Positions 8,294 to 17,584 of a stretch of 64,000 bases of DNA are shown here, one piece after another. The notes under the pieces are model-generated. The model saw only the letters and a list, made by a program, of their open reading frames with translations, was not told where the DNA came from and ran no database searches. Source of the DNA: Candidatus Binatia bacterium (lineage in GTDB: Bacteria; Desulfobacterota; Binatia; Bin18); assembly GCA_022820725.1 (NCBI GenBank), contig JAJEFA010000007.1:221215-285214 (forward strand), read 5' to 3'. Position 1 is the stretch's first letter; the number at the start of each line of letters is the position of its first letter. The translations under genes were made by a program, and so were the position numbers.

Positions 8294-9013
8294 ATGACCA
8301 CGGCGGATTGGAACAGCTTAGCCGAGCGCCTCACCAAGGTGCTGCGCCCGGTGGCCGCGCCGCTGGCGATTACCTTTAGCTCGGCCCGGCCGGCAAACAT
8401 CCCGGCCTTTGACGAGCCGCTGGCCGAACCAACGCCGGATGGACGGACCGGGCGGGTGCCCGCCGGCTGTGTGTTCTGGATCAAGGCCGGGGAGCGCACC
8501 TTCAGTACAATTGCCGAAGACCACGGCAACTGTAGCGTGGGTAGTCTCACCCACGGTTTCAAAACGTTGGAAGAGGCTGCGCAGGGCGAAGACGTGGCGA
8601 CCTTGCTGGACAGCGGCTGGGTGGCGGAGGAGGTCTTCCCTCATATTCCGACGGTAGCGGACAAGCCTGGGGCCGTTACCTATGGCATTCTGGCGGAAAC
8701 GCCGATTGATCCCGACGTTGTGCTGCTCCGTATCAACCCACACGCCGCCATGGTGCTCTCGGACGCCCTGCCCGATCTCAAGATCGAGGGTAAGCCGCAG
8801 TGTCATATCGTGGCCATGGCGAAGGACGGCCAAGTCGCCGTGAGTGTCGGCTGTGCGCTGAGCCGGGCGCGAACCGGCATGCAGGCCACCGAGATGACGT
8901 GCGCCATTCCCGCCCGCCGTCTGGCCGAGGTTCTCGACAAGGTGGAACGGACATCACAGATTGATACAATGGTCGCACGTTATGCCGGAGAAGACGCTCG
9001 CCGCTTTCAGTAG
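8294..9013 (+). CDS. DUF169 domain-containing protein (Cys-rich, function unknown)
   Basis: Lies in ORF 8270-9013. ATG 8294 follows AGGAGGG. The pattern LRPVAAPLAITF...AGCVFW...HGNCSVG...CHIV...VGCALSR resembles DUF169 (COG2043). It starts 30 nt after the LDI-like stop. Confidence 0.7.
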   Translation: MTTADWNSLAERLTKVLRPVAAPLAITFSSARPANIPAFDEPLAEPTPDGRTGRVPAGCVFWIKAGERTFSTIAEDHGNCSVGSLTHGFKTLEEAAQGEDVATLLDSGWVAEEVFPHIPTVADKPGAVTYGILAETPIDPDVVLLRINPHAAMVLSDALPDLKIEGKPQCHIVAMAKDGQVAVSVGCALSRARTGMQATEMTCAIPARRLAEVLDKVERTSQIDTMVARYAGEDARRFQ

Positions 9014-9073
9014 GTGACCGATGTATCAATTGAGGTGGCCCCGGTAGGCATGTCGCGGGTTTTCCTGCTTGCT

Positions 9074-10021
9074 TCAGCGGATCGCGACGGGATTGACAAT
9101 CGTCTGCACCGCTCCGGCCATGCGCGGTGCGCCGAGCACGAACATAAACTCGTAGGCCGCATCTGCGGCCAGCGCAGCCGTGTTCATGTTCTCGAGGATG
9201 TAGGTGCCGTTCTTGGTCAATAGCTCCTGGTGAACCGGAAAGCGCTCGGCCTCCTTCTCGAACGGGATGGCCTCCAGCGCCCAGGTGTCCGCTCCGACCG
9301 CAACAACGCCTTTCCCGGCCAGGTGGCGCGCGCCCTCGACACCGATTCCCGGTTCGGGAAAGCCTAGCCCCGGCTCGCCCTCGCCCATCTGCGCGAATTG
9401 CTTCAGCCAGCCGGTGTGGAACAGCACCACGTCGCCTTCGCGGATTTCCACCCCTTGTCTCTTCGCAACCTCGTCGATCTCCTTACTGTTGAAGGCCGTA
9501 CCGTTAGGCACGATGTCGACCTCATAGTACTTTGTCATATCCAGCAGTACGCCGCGCGCCACGATCGGTGGGATGTTCTCCACACCGAACTTCTTGATGC
9601 CCGTGAGCGAGTGGAAGTCCTGCGTCTTCCAGCCGTTGTAATGCACATGATCGATGCCGACGTGGCCGAATCCGTCGATCTGGCTGCCGACCCCGAGCCA
9701 GGTAACAGCCAAGTCGTCGGTGGTGGTAAGCTCGTTCGGTCCCCCCAGCACGGTATCCCAGACGTAGACCTTGTAGTGGCGGGGTGGGTAGGCCGGCGTG
9801 TCGGGACCGGTCACCATCCCGAGCGCGTACGTCTTGCCGATCTTGACCAGACTGGCCGCGAGCTTCACGCGTTCAGGCGTGATGTAGTTCGCGCTTCCGA
9901 TCTCATCCTCCGGCCCCCACTTCGATTGCGTCCATTCTTGTCCGGCGACCGGATAACCCCACACGAGGACGGCCGCCAGCAGTACTCCGAACAACACCTG
10001 TCGAGATTGTCGCTTGCTCAT
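9074..10021 (-). CDS. secreted cyclase-family (kynurenine formamidase-like) protein
   Basis: 315 aa with the N-terminal signal peptide MSKRQSRQVLFGVLLAAVLVWGYPVAGQ. The His/Asp-rich segment QIDGFGHVGIDHVHY and the overall layout resemble putative cyclase (PF04199-like) proteins. The family call is tentative. Confidence 0.55.
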   Translation of the reverse strand: MSKRQSRQVLFGVLLAAVLVWGYPVAGQEWTQSKWGPEDEIGSANYITPERVKLAASLVKIGKTYALGMVTGPDTPAYPPRHYKVYVWDTVLGGPNELTTTDDLAVTWLGVGSQIDGFGHVGIDHVHYNGWKTQDFHSLTGIKKFGVENIPPIVARGVLLDMTKYYEVDIVPNGTAFNSKEIDEVAKRQGVEIREGDVVLFHTGWLKQFAQMGEGEPGLGFPEPGIGVEGARHLAGKGVVAVGADTWALEAIPFEKEAERFPVHQELLTKNGTYILENMNTAALAADAAYEFMFVLGAPRMAGAVQTIVNPVAIR

Positions 10022-10222
10022 ACGCTCACCCCTATACGCAACCTACTATACAACGCACCCTAAATGTAAAGCGCAAACTGCTCTTCGATCTTGCAGGGTA
10101 GTTTTCAGCATCCGCGTAACAGCGGATCGCCAGCTATCTTTCTTTTTTCACCTGCGCTATGCTGCCGGGCTTCTGAGGACGAGCCTTAGAAGACTGCTAC
10201 TATCCGAAGGAGGACACACAGT

Positions 10223-11317
10223 ATGACACAACTCGATTCACCGATGCAGATTGGCATGGCTACGATCTGCCAAAACCCAGCTCAGCAAATCTCGGACTAT
10301 GAAGTCTACAAGCATGAGCTTCGGCTGGCCGACTTGGCCGAGCCGCTGGGCTTTGATTCAATTTGGAGCGTTGAGCACCACTTTACCGATTACACCATGG
10401 TGCCCGATGTCCTTCAGTTCCTGACCTATATGGCCGGCCGGACCAAGACGGTCAAACTCGGCTCGATGGTCGTCGTGCTGCCCTGGCACGATCCCATGCG
10501 GGCAGCGGAAGAAATCGCGATGTTGGACGATATGTGCGACGGGCGACTGATTCTCGGGCTGGGCCGCGGCGCCGGACAGGTTGAGTTCGAGGGCTTCCGG
10601 CTCGATATGGGCGAGTCGCGCGAACGCTTTGTTGAGGCCGCGGACATGGTCCTGACCGGACTCGAACAGGGCTATTGCGAGTATCAGGGCCAGTATTATA
10701 CCCAGCCCAAGAAAGACATCCGTCCCAAGCCGTTCAAATCCTTTAAGGGCCGGACGTATGCCGCCGCGGTGTCACCCGAGTCGTCCGATATCATGGCCCG
10801 TCTGGGTGTCGGCATCCTGATCATTCCCCAAAAGCCGTGGGAAGACGTAGCGGTAGAATTGGACACGTACCGGACGGTCTATCGTGAGGCCAACGGGACC
10901 GAGGCACCGGCGCCGATCGCCGGCGGCTGGGTCTTCTGCGATAAGGATGCCGGCCGCGCCGAAGAGATGGCCCGGCGCTACATCGGTGCCTACTGGCAGT
11001 CAGCCATGAAGCACTACAATTTTGGTGGGGACCATTTCGCCAAGACCAAGGGCTACGAATACTACGGCAAGATGTCTGAGGCCATGGGCAGCGTCGAGGG
11101 CGTGACCGACTTTTTCCTCAACCTCCAGGTCTGGGGCACGCCAGACCAGTGTTTTGAAAAAGTCCTGGAGATCCGTTCCAAGATCGGCTGTGACGCCTTC
11201 ACCGGTGTGTTCAGCTACGGCGGCATGCCGTATGAAGACAGCGAGCAGAGCATGCGGCTGTTCGCGGCCGAGGTCATGCCACGCTTGCAGCAATTGGACC
11301 AAAAAGCGGTGGCCTAA
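10223..11317 (+). CDS. LLM-class flavin-dependent oxidoreductase
   Basis: 364 aa with RBS AGGAGGA. It has FDSIWSVEHHFTDY and RLILGLGRG motifs and a typical LLM C-terminus. Confidence 0.9.
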   Translation: MTQLDSPMQIGMATICQNPAQQISDYEVYKHELRLADLAEPLGFDSIWSVEHHFTDYTMVPDVLQFLTYMAGRTKTVKLGSMVVVLPWHDPMRAAEEIAMLDDMCDGRLILGLGRGAGQVEFEGFRLDMGESRERFVEAADMVLTGLEQGYCEYQGQYYTQPKKDIRPKPFKSFKGRTYAAAVSPESSDIMARLGVGILIIPQKPWEDVAVELDTYRTVYREANGTEAPAPIAGGWVFCDKDAGRAEEMARRYIGAYWQSAMKHYNFGGDHFAKTKGYEYYGKMSEAMGSVEGVTDFFLNLQVWGTPDQCFEKVLEIRSKIGCDAFTGVFSYGGMPYEDSEQSMRLFAAEVMPRLQQLDQKAVA

Positions 11318-11336
11318 GTCTCTCTTCCGTTCCATC

Positions 11337-11385
11337 GGCTCCTGCCCATGTCACCGGGCGGGAGCCGAACTCTTTCTCCCTTTTC
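11337..11385 (+). terminator. rho-independent-type terminator after the LLM gene
   Basis: GGCTCCTGCCC / GGGCGGGAGCC forms an 11-bp stem (one G-U pair) with an 8-nt loop. A T/C-rich tract CTCTTTCTCCCTTTT follows. Confidence 0.55.
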
Positions 11386-11600
11386 AGCGCTGTCCCGAAC
11401 CTCTGAGACATGGCCTTCACATCAATGCGGTGCGGACTCCCATTCAATCAGGTGGTTGTAAATGAAACGACTTGGATATGGACTGATGGGCAGCGCAATC
11501 ACCAAGTCAGGATCGTCAATGCCCGTCGTAAACAGGCACTGCATCTCTTCGGGTGTTTGTCTGCCCACCCGAAACCGAATTCCTGGCTGATAGCGACACC

Positions 11601-11825
11601 TTAAGTGCCTCTCTTGCGTGACTCACCAACGGCGTCCAGGATATCTGCCGTGGTGGCCCGCGTCTTGACTCCCGGTACATCAAACGGTGATCTGGGTGCG
11701 TTTTTTTTGACTTTGAGAGAAAAAACGCTACCGTCCCGTCTGCGAATTTCCACTTCTTCTTTTTGCGCAAGAATCAACAGCTGGGCGAGATTCTGACGTG
11801 CTTCCGAATAGGTAAATGCCTTCAT
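11601..11825 (-). CDS. Phd/YefM-family type II antitoxin
   Basis: 74 aa. The N-terminus MKAFTYSEARQNLAQLL matches the YefM/Phd signature (xxYSEARQNL). It lies 6 nt downstream of the PIN gene. Confidence 0.7.
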   Translation of the reverse strand: MKAFTYSEARQNLAQLLILAQKEEVEIRRRDGSVFSLKVKKNAPRSPFDVPGVKTRATTADILDAVGESRKRGT

Positions 11826-11831
11826 GGGTAC

Positions 11832-12221
11832 TTACTCCAGTACGTTGATCCCCAGATCCCGAGCTACTTGTTTCATTCTTTTATCAAGGGACATGAGGGA
11901 TTGGGTCAAGGATTTGGCACAGAACAGAAAATACGCATCGTATGCGTAAATGTTGTATTCAATAGCCAACTCAAGCGCCTTTTGGATATCGATGCTGACC
12001 AGCCTGACCGGAATAAGGTTTGCAGCATTTTCGGCGGCCAAGGCTTCAACTTTAGAAATTCGCCCACGCCTAGTCATCGCAGAAAGAGCGTTGCCGATTT
12101 CATAGGGCAGTATTTCCGGGGCACTCAGGACTGCGTCCGACGTCACTTCTATGATGCGCCCCTTTTGGGGTTCGTTCAGTGCAATAGCAAGGAAGATATT
12201 CGTGTCAGCCACCAAGTTCAC
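11832..12221 (-). CDS. PIN-domain toxin (VapC-like)
   Basis: 129 aa with a GTG start. The N-terminal LVADTNIF supplies the first PIN acidic residue, and later acidic positions include YDAYF and SLDKR. The patch is AT-richer than its neighbours. Confidence 0.8.
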   Translation of the reverse strand: MNLVADTNIFLAIALNEPQKGRIIEVTSDAVLSAPEILPYEIGNALSAMTRRGRISKVEALAAENAANLIPVRLVSIDIQKALELAIEYNIYAYDAYFLFCAKSLTQSLMSLDKRMKQVARDLGINVLE

Positions 12222-12360
12222 AATGACAATTGTACAACTAAAAGGCGGTCGGAAAAAGAGGCGTTAAAAGCAGGAGGATCGTACAGGCTTTCAGTCATAG
12301 GCTCGGGTCGCTGGAGCAGTGAACTTTCGAGCCGTCGTCTTGGAATTCACCACATACGAC

Positions 12361-12391
12361 GAGACCCCGAGAGGCATTCCCTCGGGGTCTC
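12361..12391. terminator. perfect 11-bp hairpin between the GST and the TA module
   Basis: GAGACCCCGAG-aggcattcc-CTCGGGGTCTC lies about 65 nt downstream of the GST stop on the minus strand. There is no clear U-tract. Confidence 0.45.
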
Positions 12392-12456
12392 ATATAGATT
12401 GGTAGATCAGCCTAAAAAAGTGGCTCAGGTCAGTACCGCCTCACCCGACACTCCAC

Positions 12457-13179
12457 CTATTCCGGGACCGGGCGGGCGCGTTGGTTGTAGAGCATTTTGC
12501 GCAGTTGGTCTTTCTCTTCCTGTGAGAGCTTGGAGACGTCGAAGCCGAGGTCGCTGCCGACGGCCATGCCTTTTTTGACACCCTCGCGTTCCGAGAGTTC
12601 CTCGAACCAGCGCTTGAAGTATTTGAACTCGTTGATGTCCTGACCCTGGGATTCCCAGTTGACCGTCCAGGGATAACAGATCATGTCGGCAATGGTGTAT
12701 TCGTTCCCGGCCAGATAGGGCTGCCGGTATAACTGATTGTTCATCACGCCGAACAAACGGTTGACCTCATCCGTAAAGCGCCGGACCGCGTAGGTCTGGT
12801 CGCCCTGGTCGTCGCCCAGGCGGCGAAAATGGCCGCACTCGCCACTCTTGGGTCCCTGGTTGGCCATCTGCCACATCACCCACTGATTGACATCGTAACG
12901 AACGCGAACATCCTGGGGATAAAACCGTCCGACCTTCTCGGCGATATACATCATCATCGCCCCGGACTCGAAGATGCTGATCGGCTCGCCCCCGCCGAGT
13001 GGCTCGTGGTCTACCAGGGCCGGCATCCGGTTATTGGGGCAGATCCTGAGAAACTCGTCCGTGAACTGATCCCCCTGGGCGATATTACACGGGGTCATCT
13101 TGTACGGCATGCCGCACTCTTCCAGCAGAATGGTAACTTTCTTACCGTTCGGGGTGGGCCAGTAGTGTAAATCGATCAT
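12457..13179 (-). CDS. glutathione S-transferase, Nu class (YfcG-like)
   Basis: 240 aa. MIDLHYWPTPNGKKVTILLEE...ICPNNRMPALVDH...GGEPISIFESGAMMMYIAEK closely follows my recollection of E. coli YfcG. Confidence 0.9.
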   Translation of the reverse strand: MIDLHYWPTPNGKKVTILLEECGMPYKMTPCNIAQGDQFTDEFLRICPNNRMPALVDHEPLGGGEPISIFESGAMMMYIAEKVGRFYPQDVRVRYDVNQWVMWQMANQGPKSGECGHFRRLGDDQGDQTYAVRRFTDEVNRLFGVMNNQLYRQPYLAGNEYTIADMICYPWTVNWESQGQDINEFKYFKRWFEELSEREGVKKGMAVGSDLGFDVSKLSQEEKDQLRKMLYNQRARPVPE

Positions 13180-13207
13180 ACGTTCTTCCTCCTGAGGGTT
13201 GGTTCGT

Positions 13208-14053
13208 CTAGCTCATACTCGACATAAACGCGGCGTACTTATCCAGAATCGGCAAGACCTTGTCTCGGCTCTCGGACGGAACAGCGAAGATGGAGCGTTC
13301 AATCCCCAATTCCTGATACTGGTTGATAACCGCTTCCTCGGCGGGAGCCATAAAAGCGGAGACGGCCAGGTCCGAGGCCTGGCGCCCGAACTTTTCCGCC
13401 CGCGCGTGCATATCGCCGATCCAGCCCTTGAGGTCGGGAATTCTTGGCCCGATCGGAATCCAGCCGTCGCAGTAGTTGGCAACCCGGTTCAATCCCCCTG
13501 GAGTATGGGCGCCCAACAGAATGGGGGGATGGGGTTTCTGCAGTGGTTTGGGATAGGACCAGATTGGATCGAAGTTCACAAACTCCCCGTGGTACTCGGC
13601 TTCCTCTTCCGTCCAGATCGCCTTCATGGCCTCGATCTTTTCTCTCAGAATCTTCCAGCGGCGGTCGAAGGGAGTGCCGTGATTTTCCATTTCTTCGGCA
13701 TTCCAGCCGCCACCGATCCCGAACAGCAGGCGACCGTTCGAGAGCTGGTCTACCGTGGCCACTTCCTTGGCCAGCTTAATGGGGTCGTGCTCCTGCACCA
13801 GGCAGATGCCACTGCCGACTTTGAGCGTTGTTGTGGCGGCTGCGGCGGCCATTAGCGACGCGAACAGATCGTGGGTATGCCAATAGTCTCGGGGTAACTC
13901 CCCGCCACCCGGCCACGGGCTGCGCCGACTGGCTGGAATATGGGTATGTTCCGGATACCAGACCGATTCAAAGCCGCGGTCTTCGCATTCTTTGGCAAAA
14001 TCGTCGGGACGGATGGCGTAATCCGTGGCGAACATGACAATACCATATTTCAT
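13208..14053 (-). CDS. LLM-class F420-dependent oxidoreductase (Rv2161c-like subgroup)
   Basis: 281 aa with RBS AAGGAGGAAA. Motifs are MKYGIVMFATDY, FESVWYPEHTHIP, GRLLFGIGGGWN and HPPILLG. Confidence 0.9.
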   Translation of the reverse strand: MKYGIVMFATDYAIRPDDFAKECEDRGFESVWYPEHTHIPASRRSPWPGGGELPRDYWHTHDLFASLMAAAAATTTLKVGSGICLVQEHDPIKLAKEVATVDQLSNGRLLFGIGGGWNAEEMENHGTPFDRRWKILREKIEAMKAIWTEEEAEYHGEFVNFDPIWSYPKPLQKPHPPILLGAHTPGGLNRVANYCDGWIPIGPRIPDLKGWIGDMHARAEKFGRQASDLAVSAFMAPAEEAVINQYQELGIERSIFAVPSESRDKVLPILDKYAAFMSSMS

Positions 14054-14124
14054 GCTTTCCTCCTTTTATTAAAAGCTCAGTGCACTTCATGCGAATTCCA
14101 CAGGGGAGTCAAGCCACAGCGTAG

Positions 14125-14146
14125 GGGCAACCCCCCGTGGTTGCCC
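14125..14146 (-). terminator. GC-rich hairpin between the dehalogenase gene and the LLM gene
   Basis: GGGCAACC-ccccgt-GGTTGCCC is an 8-bp stem lying between the stop at 14208 and the next start at 14053. There is no U-tract. Confidence 0.35.
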
Positions 14147-14207
14147 TTCCCAATACCTAATCTCCAGCCCCGTCCGCCTGGCCCCCCGCACCGTATTCAC
14201 CCCGATG

Positions 14208-15092
14208 TTACAAACTGCTGTACCAGCTGGCCAACTCGGTCCCGATGAGCTGCGGATTGTCCTCTTGGATGAAATGAATACCTGGCCCGATATCAACCAC
14301 TTTGAGATTGGGTAGATGGTGCTGGCACCATTCCACGAGCGGGGCGGGGACAAGCGCCCCTGGAGTCGCGCAGAAGAGTAACTTGGGGAGCGAGGATTGC
14401 TGAAGCTGGCGGTTATACTCTTCCACCGCCGCCACCACATTGGCCGGCTCTCCGGCAATCGGAATCTCATTTGGCCAGCGCCAGAGTGGCTTGCGGGTCG
14501 GCGGGTCGGTGTAGGGCGCTCGGTAATAGTCCATCTCGGCTTCCGTCAGAGTCCGGACAACCGCACCGGGTAAGATCTGCTCGACGAACATATGATTATT
14601 CACAATCATGTCCCAGCCCACCTCCGGTGTCCGGAACGCCTGAAAGGTCTGTTTGAAATCCTGGGGAAAGACATCCCAACTCGGGATCGGCATCATAATC
14701 GCCTCCATGAAGGCCAGCGCTTTGATATTGGTCTCGTTGCGCATGGCGTAATGAAAGCCTAGGGCCGAACCCCAATCGTGGATGACCAAGGTGATGTTTT
14801 TTAAGCCCAGCTTCTCAATGAAGCCTTCCACATATCTGACATGATCAAAGAAAGAATACTCCAGGTCGGGTTTGTCGGACTTCCCCATGCCGATCAGGTC
14901 CATGGCAATACAGCGTCCGTAGGCGTGCAGATGGGGCATGATATTCCGCCACAGATACGAGGAGGTCGGATTGCCGTGGAGAAATAAAATTGGGTCGCCG
15001 CTGCCTTCCTCCACGTAGTGAATCTGCGAACCCTGCACCTCCGCGTAGTGGGATGTATAGGGGAAATCCGCTGAAATGGTTTGAGTCTTCAT
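14208..15092 (-). CDS. dhaA: haloalkane dehalogenase (HLD-II, DhaA-like)
   Basis: ATG at 15090-15092 sits inside ORF 14208-15341 and gives 294 aa. Motifs are [13 protein letters not shown] (halide-binding Asn), HDWGSALG (Asp nucleophile plus Trp), FMEAI (Glu) and [10 protein letters not shown] (His). It is nearly colinear with Rhodococcus DhaA as I recall it. Confidence 0.9.
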   Translation of the reverse strand: MKTQTISADFPYTSHYAEVQGSQIHYVEEGSGDPILFLHGNPTSSYLWRNIMPHLHAYGRCIAMDLIGMGKSDKPDLEYSFFDHVRYVEGFIEKLGLKNITLVIHDWGSALGFHYAMRNETNIKALAFMEAIMMPIPSWDVFPQDFKQTFQAFRTPEVGWDMIVNNHMFVEQILPGAVVRTLTEAEMDYYRAPYTDPPTRKPLWRWPNEIPIAGEPANVVAAVEEYNRQLQQSSLPKLLFCATPGALVPAPLVEWCQHHLPNLKVVDIGPGIHFIQEDNPQLIGTELASWYSSL

Positions 15093-15141
15093 GGTGTGTT
15101 TCCTTTTGTGTACAGTCTCCGTTCCCGGATATATGTCGGCT

Positions 15142-15891
15142 CTACCACGGCTCAACCCACGGCCGCAGCACGACCTCAAAGGCCCAGGTCGAGCGGGGCT
15201 GGCGGTGGAGTTGCAGATAGGTCTCGGCAATAGCGTCCGGGTCCGCCATATTGTCGTCGACCGTTGTCCCGGCCAGGCGATGCCAGCGGGTTCCGTCTTC
15301 CTGAGTCCAACCAATCGCCGCGTCAATCGGTACGTGGGCAATATGGATGCCCTTGGGCATCAGCTCTCTGGCCATACTCTCGGCCAGACCCGATTTGCCC
15401 TGACAGGCCATCGCAAACGCCCCACTCCTCGGGTAGCCCTTATAGGCCGCGCTCGCATTGGTGAAGATAATGGTCCCCCGATGACCGTCGGCACCGGGCG
15501 AACTGGCAAGCATACTTTTTGTTGCCTGTTGGCCTACGAGGAAGGCGCTATAGGCGGAGTTCAGCAGGGTGTCGCGTACCAATCCGGGGTCGGCCTCGGC
15601 GAGGTCTTTGCGGAAAATCTCCGGGGTCCGTCCGTCGATATTGTGCACGACCAGCGTGGGCCGTCCGAGATCGGCGTGTACCGCTTGGAACAGCGCCGTC
15701 ACCGCCTCGGGCTCCCGCGCGTCACACTGATAGCACCGCACGTTATACTCGCTCTCCAGTTTCTTGAGCGCGGGTTTATCCGGAGTGCGTGCCGCCACTG
15801 CCACCTGCATACCCTCGCGGGAAAAAAGCCGAGCGCAACTCGCGCTTGTTCCCGGACCGGCCCCGACGATCAGGGCTACCTCTGTTGTCAT
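15142..15891 (-). CDS. SDR family oxidoreductase
   Basis: 249 aa with RBS GGAG and the Rossmann motif [11 protein letters not shown]. It lies directly upstream of dhaA on the same strand. Confidence 0.85.
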   Translation of the reverse strand: MTTEVALIVGAGPGTSASCARLFSREGMQVAVAARTPDKPALKKLESEYNVRCYQCDAREPEAVTALFQAVHADLGRPTLVVHNIDGRTPEIFRKDLAEADPGLVRDTLLNSAYSAFLVGQQATKSMLASSPGADGHRGTIIFTNASAAYKGYPRSGAFAMACQGKSGLAESMARELMPKGIHIAHVPIDAAIGWTQEDGTRWHRLAGTTVDDNMADPDAIAETYLQLHRQPRSTWAFEVVLRPWVEPW

Positions 15892-16068
15892 ATGCTTCTC
15901 CTCTCAGGCTGGAACAGGGCAACTCCCTGTCCGTTCTCTTGATGTCTGCCAGCCCTTCCCTAGCAGCCGACAGGGGAAAAAGAAATCTCATACAAGGATC
16001 AAGCCGTTCTCTTGCTTCCCGGCGGGGCAGTTGTGTATGCTTGGGGCGGTGTCTAGCGAGGGGAAGAT

Positions 16069-17145
16069 ATGAGCCAAGTGAACACGGACCGCGTCTTTGT
16101 AAAAAAATCCTACCCGGTGAGCGATAAAGATATCATTCCGGTGTTGGACCTCGGACCGTTTCTGGCCGGAGAGCCCGGCGCGCTGGCCCGCCTGGGCCGG
16201 GAAGTCTGTCAGGCGCTGGAAGACATCGGTTTCTTTTTCATCAAAAACCACGGCGTGCCTCAGGAACTGGTTGACCGCGTCTTCGCCGAAAACGCCCGTT
16301 TTCACGCGCTACCGCTTGAGCGTAAGCTCTCCGTCAAGGTCGATAGCAAAGGCATCGGCTATATGCCGCAGGGGCTTCAGCAGCCCAAGTACAGTCAGGA
16401 CGAGCCCGACCGCAAGCCGGATATTGGCGAGGCGTTTTTCATTGGGCGTGAGGCCCGGGCCAGAGGCCGGGACGGCGACTCGCCCGATCCGCTCTATCAG
16501 GGCGGCAACCAATGGCCGGCGGATTTGCCCGGATTTCGAGAGACCCTGGTCGAGTATTTTGACGCTATGGAAGCGCTCAGCCTGCGCCTGTTGCCGGTGT
16601 ACGCCGCCGCTCTGGGTCTGCCCGAGCATTTCTTTGACGACGCATTTCTACACTCGCGGCCGATGGGGATCTTGCGCGTGTCTCACTATCCCGGAACTCC
16701 GTGTGAGGAAAACCAGTTTAATGCCTCGCCGCATATTGACGGCGACTTTATTACATTTTTGGCTCAGTCCGATGTGCCCGGTCTGGAACTGCGTACCTCG
16801 GAGAAAAAATGGATTCAGGCACCGGCGCTGCCCGAGACCTTTCTGGTCAACGCGGGCGAGATTCTCCGCCTGTGGAGCAACGGCCGGTTTCGGGCGACGT
16901 TTCACCGAGCCATTAACCGGTCGGGTCGCGACCGGTACGCGATTCCATTCTTCTACAGTCCCAGCCCGGACACCCTGATTGAGTGTGTGGAGACCTGCTG
17001 CGACGCGGACCATCCGCCCAAGTATCGGCCGGTAACAGTCCGAGAGTATACCGAGTGGTTCTCGCATAAGGTCTTCGTCCATCTCAAGGACAAGCCGGGG
17101 CGGTCGCCGTACTACGAAGGGGACCGGCCTGACAGTGCGGCCTAA
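16069..17145 (+). CDS. 2-oxoglutarate/Fe(II)-dependent oxygenase (isopenicillin N synthase family)
   Basis: 358 aa. The facial triad is in PHIDGDFITF plus a distal His in RATFHRAIN, followed by RxS-like RYAIPFF. Confidence 0.9.
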   Translation: MSQVNTDRVFVKKSYPVSDKDIIPVLDLGPFLAGEPGALARLGREVCQALEDIGFFFIKNHGVPQELVDRVFAENARFHALPLERKLSVKVDSKGIGYMPQGLQQPKYSQDEPDRKPDIGEAFFIGREARARGRDGDSPDPLYQGGNQWPADLPGFRETLVEYFDAMEALSLRLLPVYAAALGLPEHFFDDAFLHSRPMGILRVSHYPGTPCEENQFNASPHIDGDFITFLAQSDVPGLELRTSEKKWIQAPALPETFLVNAGEILRLWSNGRFRATFHRAINRSGRDRYAIPFFYSPSPDTLIECVETCCDADHPPKYRPVTVREYTEWFSHKVFVHLKDKPGRSPYYEGDRPDSAA

Positions 17146-17187
17146 GACAGTCTGAGAGTGTAACTCAAATCAAAGGAGGAAACGGAT

Positions 17188-17574
17188 ATGCCAGCACAGA
17201 AACCCGAAGAGTGCGATCTGTTGTTGCTTGAAGCAATCAAAGCCGGCGACCTGGAGACGGCCATCTCACTCTATGAGCCGGATGCCACGTTTGTGGTGTC
17301 GCCCGAGCAGGTGGTCAAAGGCCACGACGCCATCCGCGAGGTCATGCAGGGCTTTATGGACGCCCAGGCCACGTTTAACGTCGAGGCGGTCACGGCGGTG
17401 ACGAGCACGGACGGAACGGTGGCGGTCACGCGGGTGAAGGGCAGCAGTACCAGCCCTGGACCGGATGGCAATCCGGTCACGACGCCGCTGCACAGTGTGG
17501 AGGTGGTCCGTAAGCAGGCGGACGGGACGTGGCGCTTCATTATCGACGATCCCAGTGGCGAGGGCATCAAGTAA
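17188..17574 (+). CDS. SnoaL-like/DUF4440 (NTF2-fold) protein
   Basis: 128 aa with RBS AAAGGAGGAAA. The pattern ...AGDLETAISLYEPDATFV...DGTWRFIIDDP is typical of DUF4440/YybH-like proteins. Confidence 0.8.
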   Translation: MPAQKPEECDLLLLEAIKAGDLETAISLYEPDATFVVSPEQVVKGHDAIREVMQGFMDAQATFNVEAVTAVTSTDGTVAVTRVKGSSTSPGPDGNPVTTPLHSVEVVRKQADGTWRFIIDDPSGEGIK

Positions 17575-17584
17575 AGAACGGCCT

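Noticed and set aside
14208-15341. Long N-terminal extensions offered by the ORF track (also 26113-27174, 20502-21665, 31931-33214, 36964-37881, 1189-2481 and 38701-39327).
   Set aside because: The extensions are Arg/Pro/Gly-rich and overlap upstream genes. They also precede internal ATGs that have good RBSs and give family-typical N-termini and lengths. The internal starts were used.
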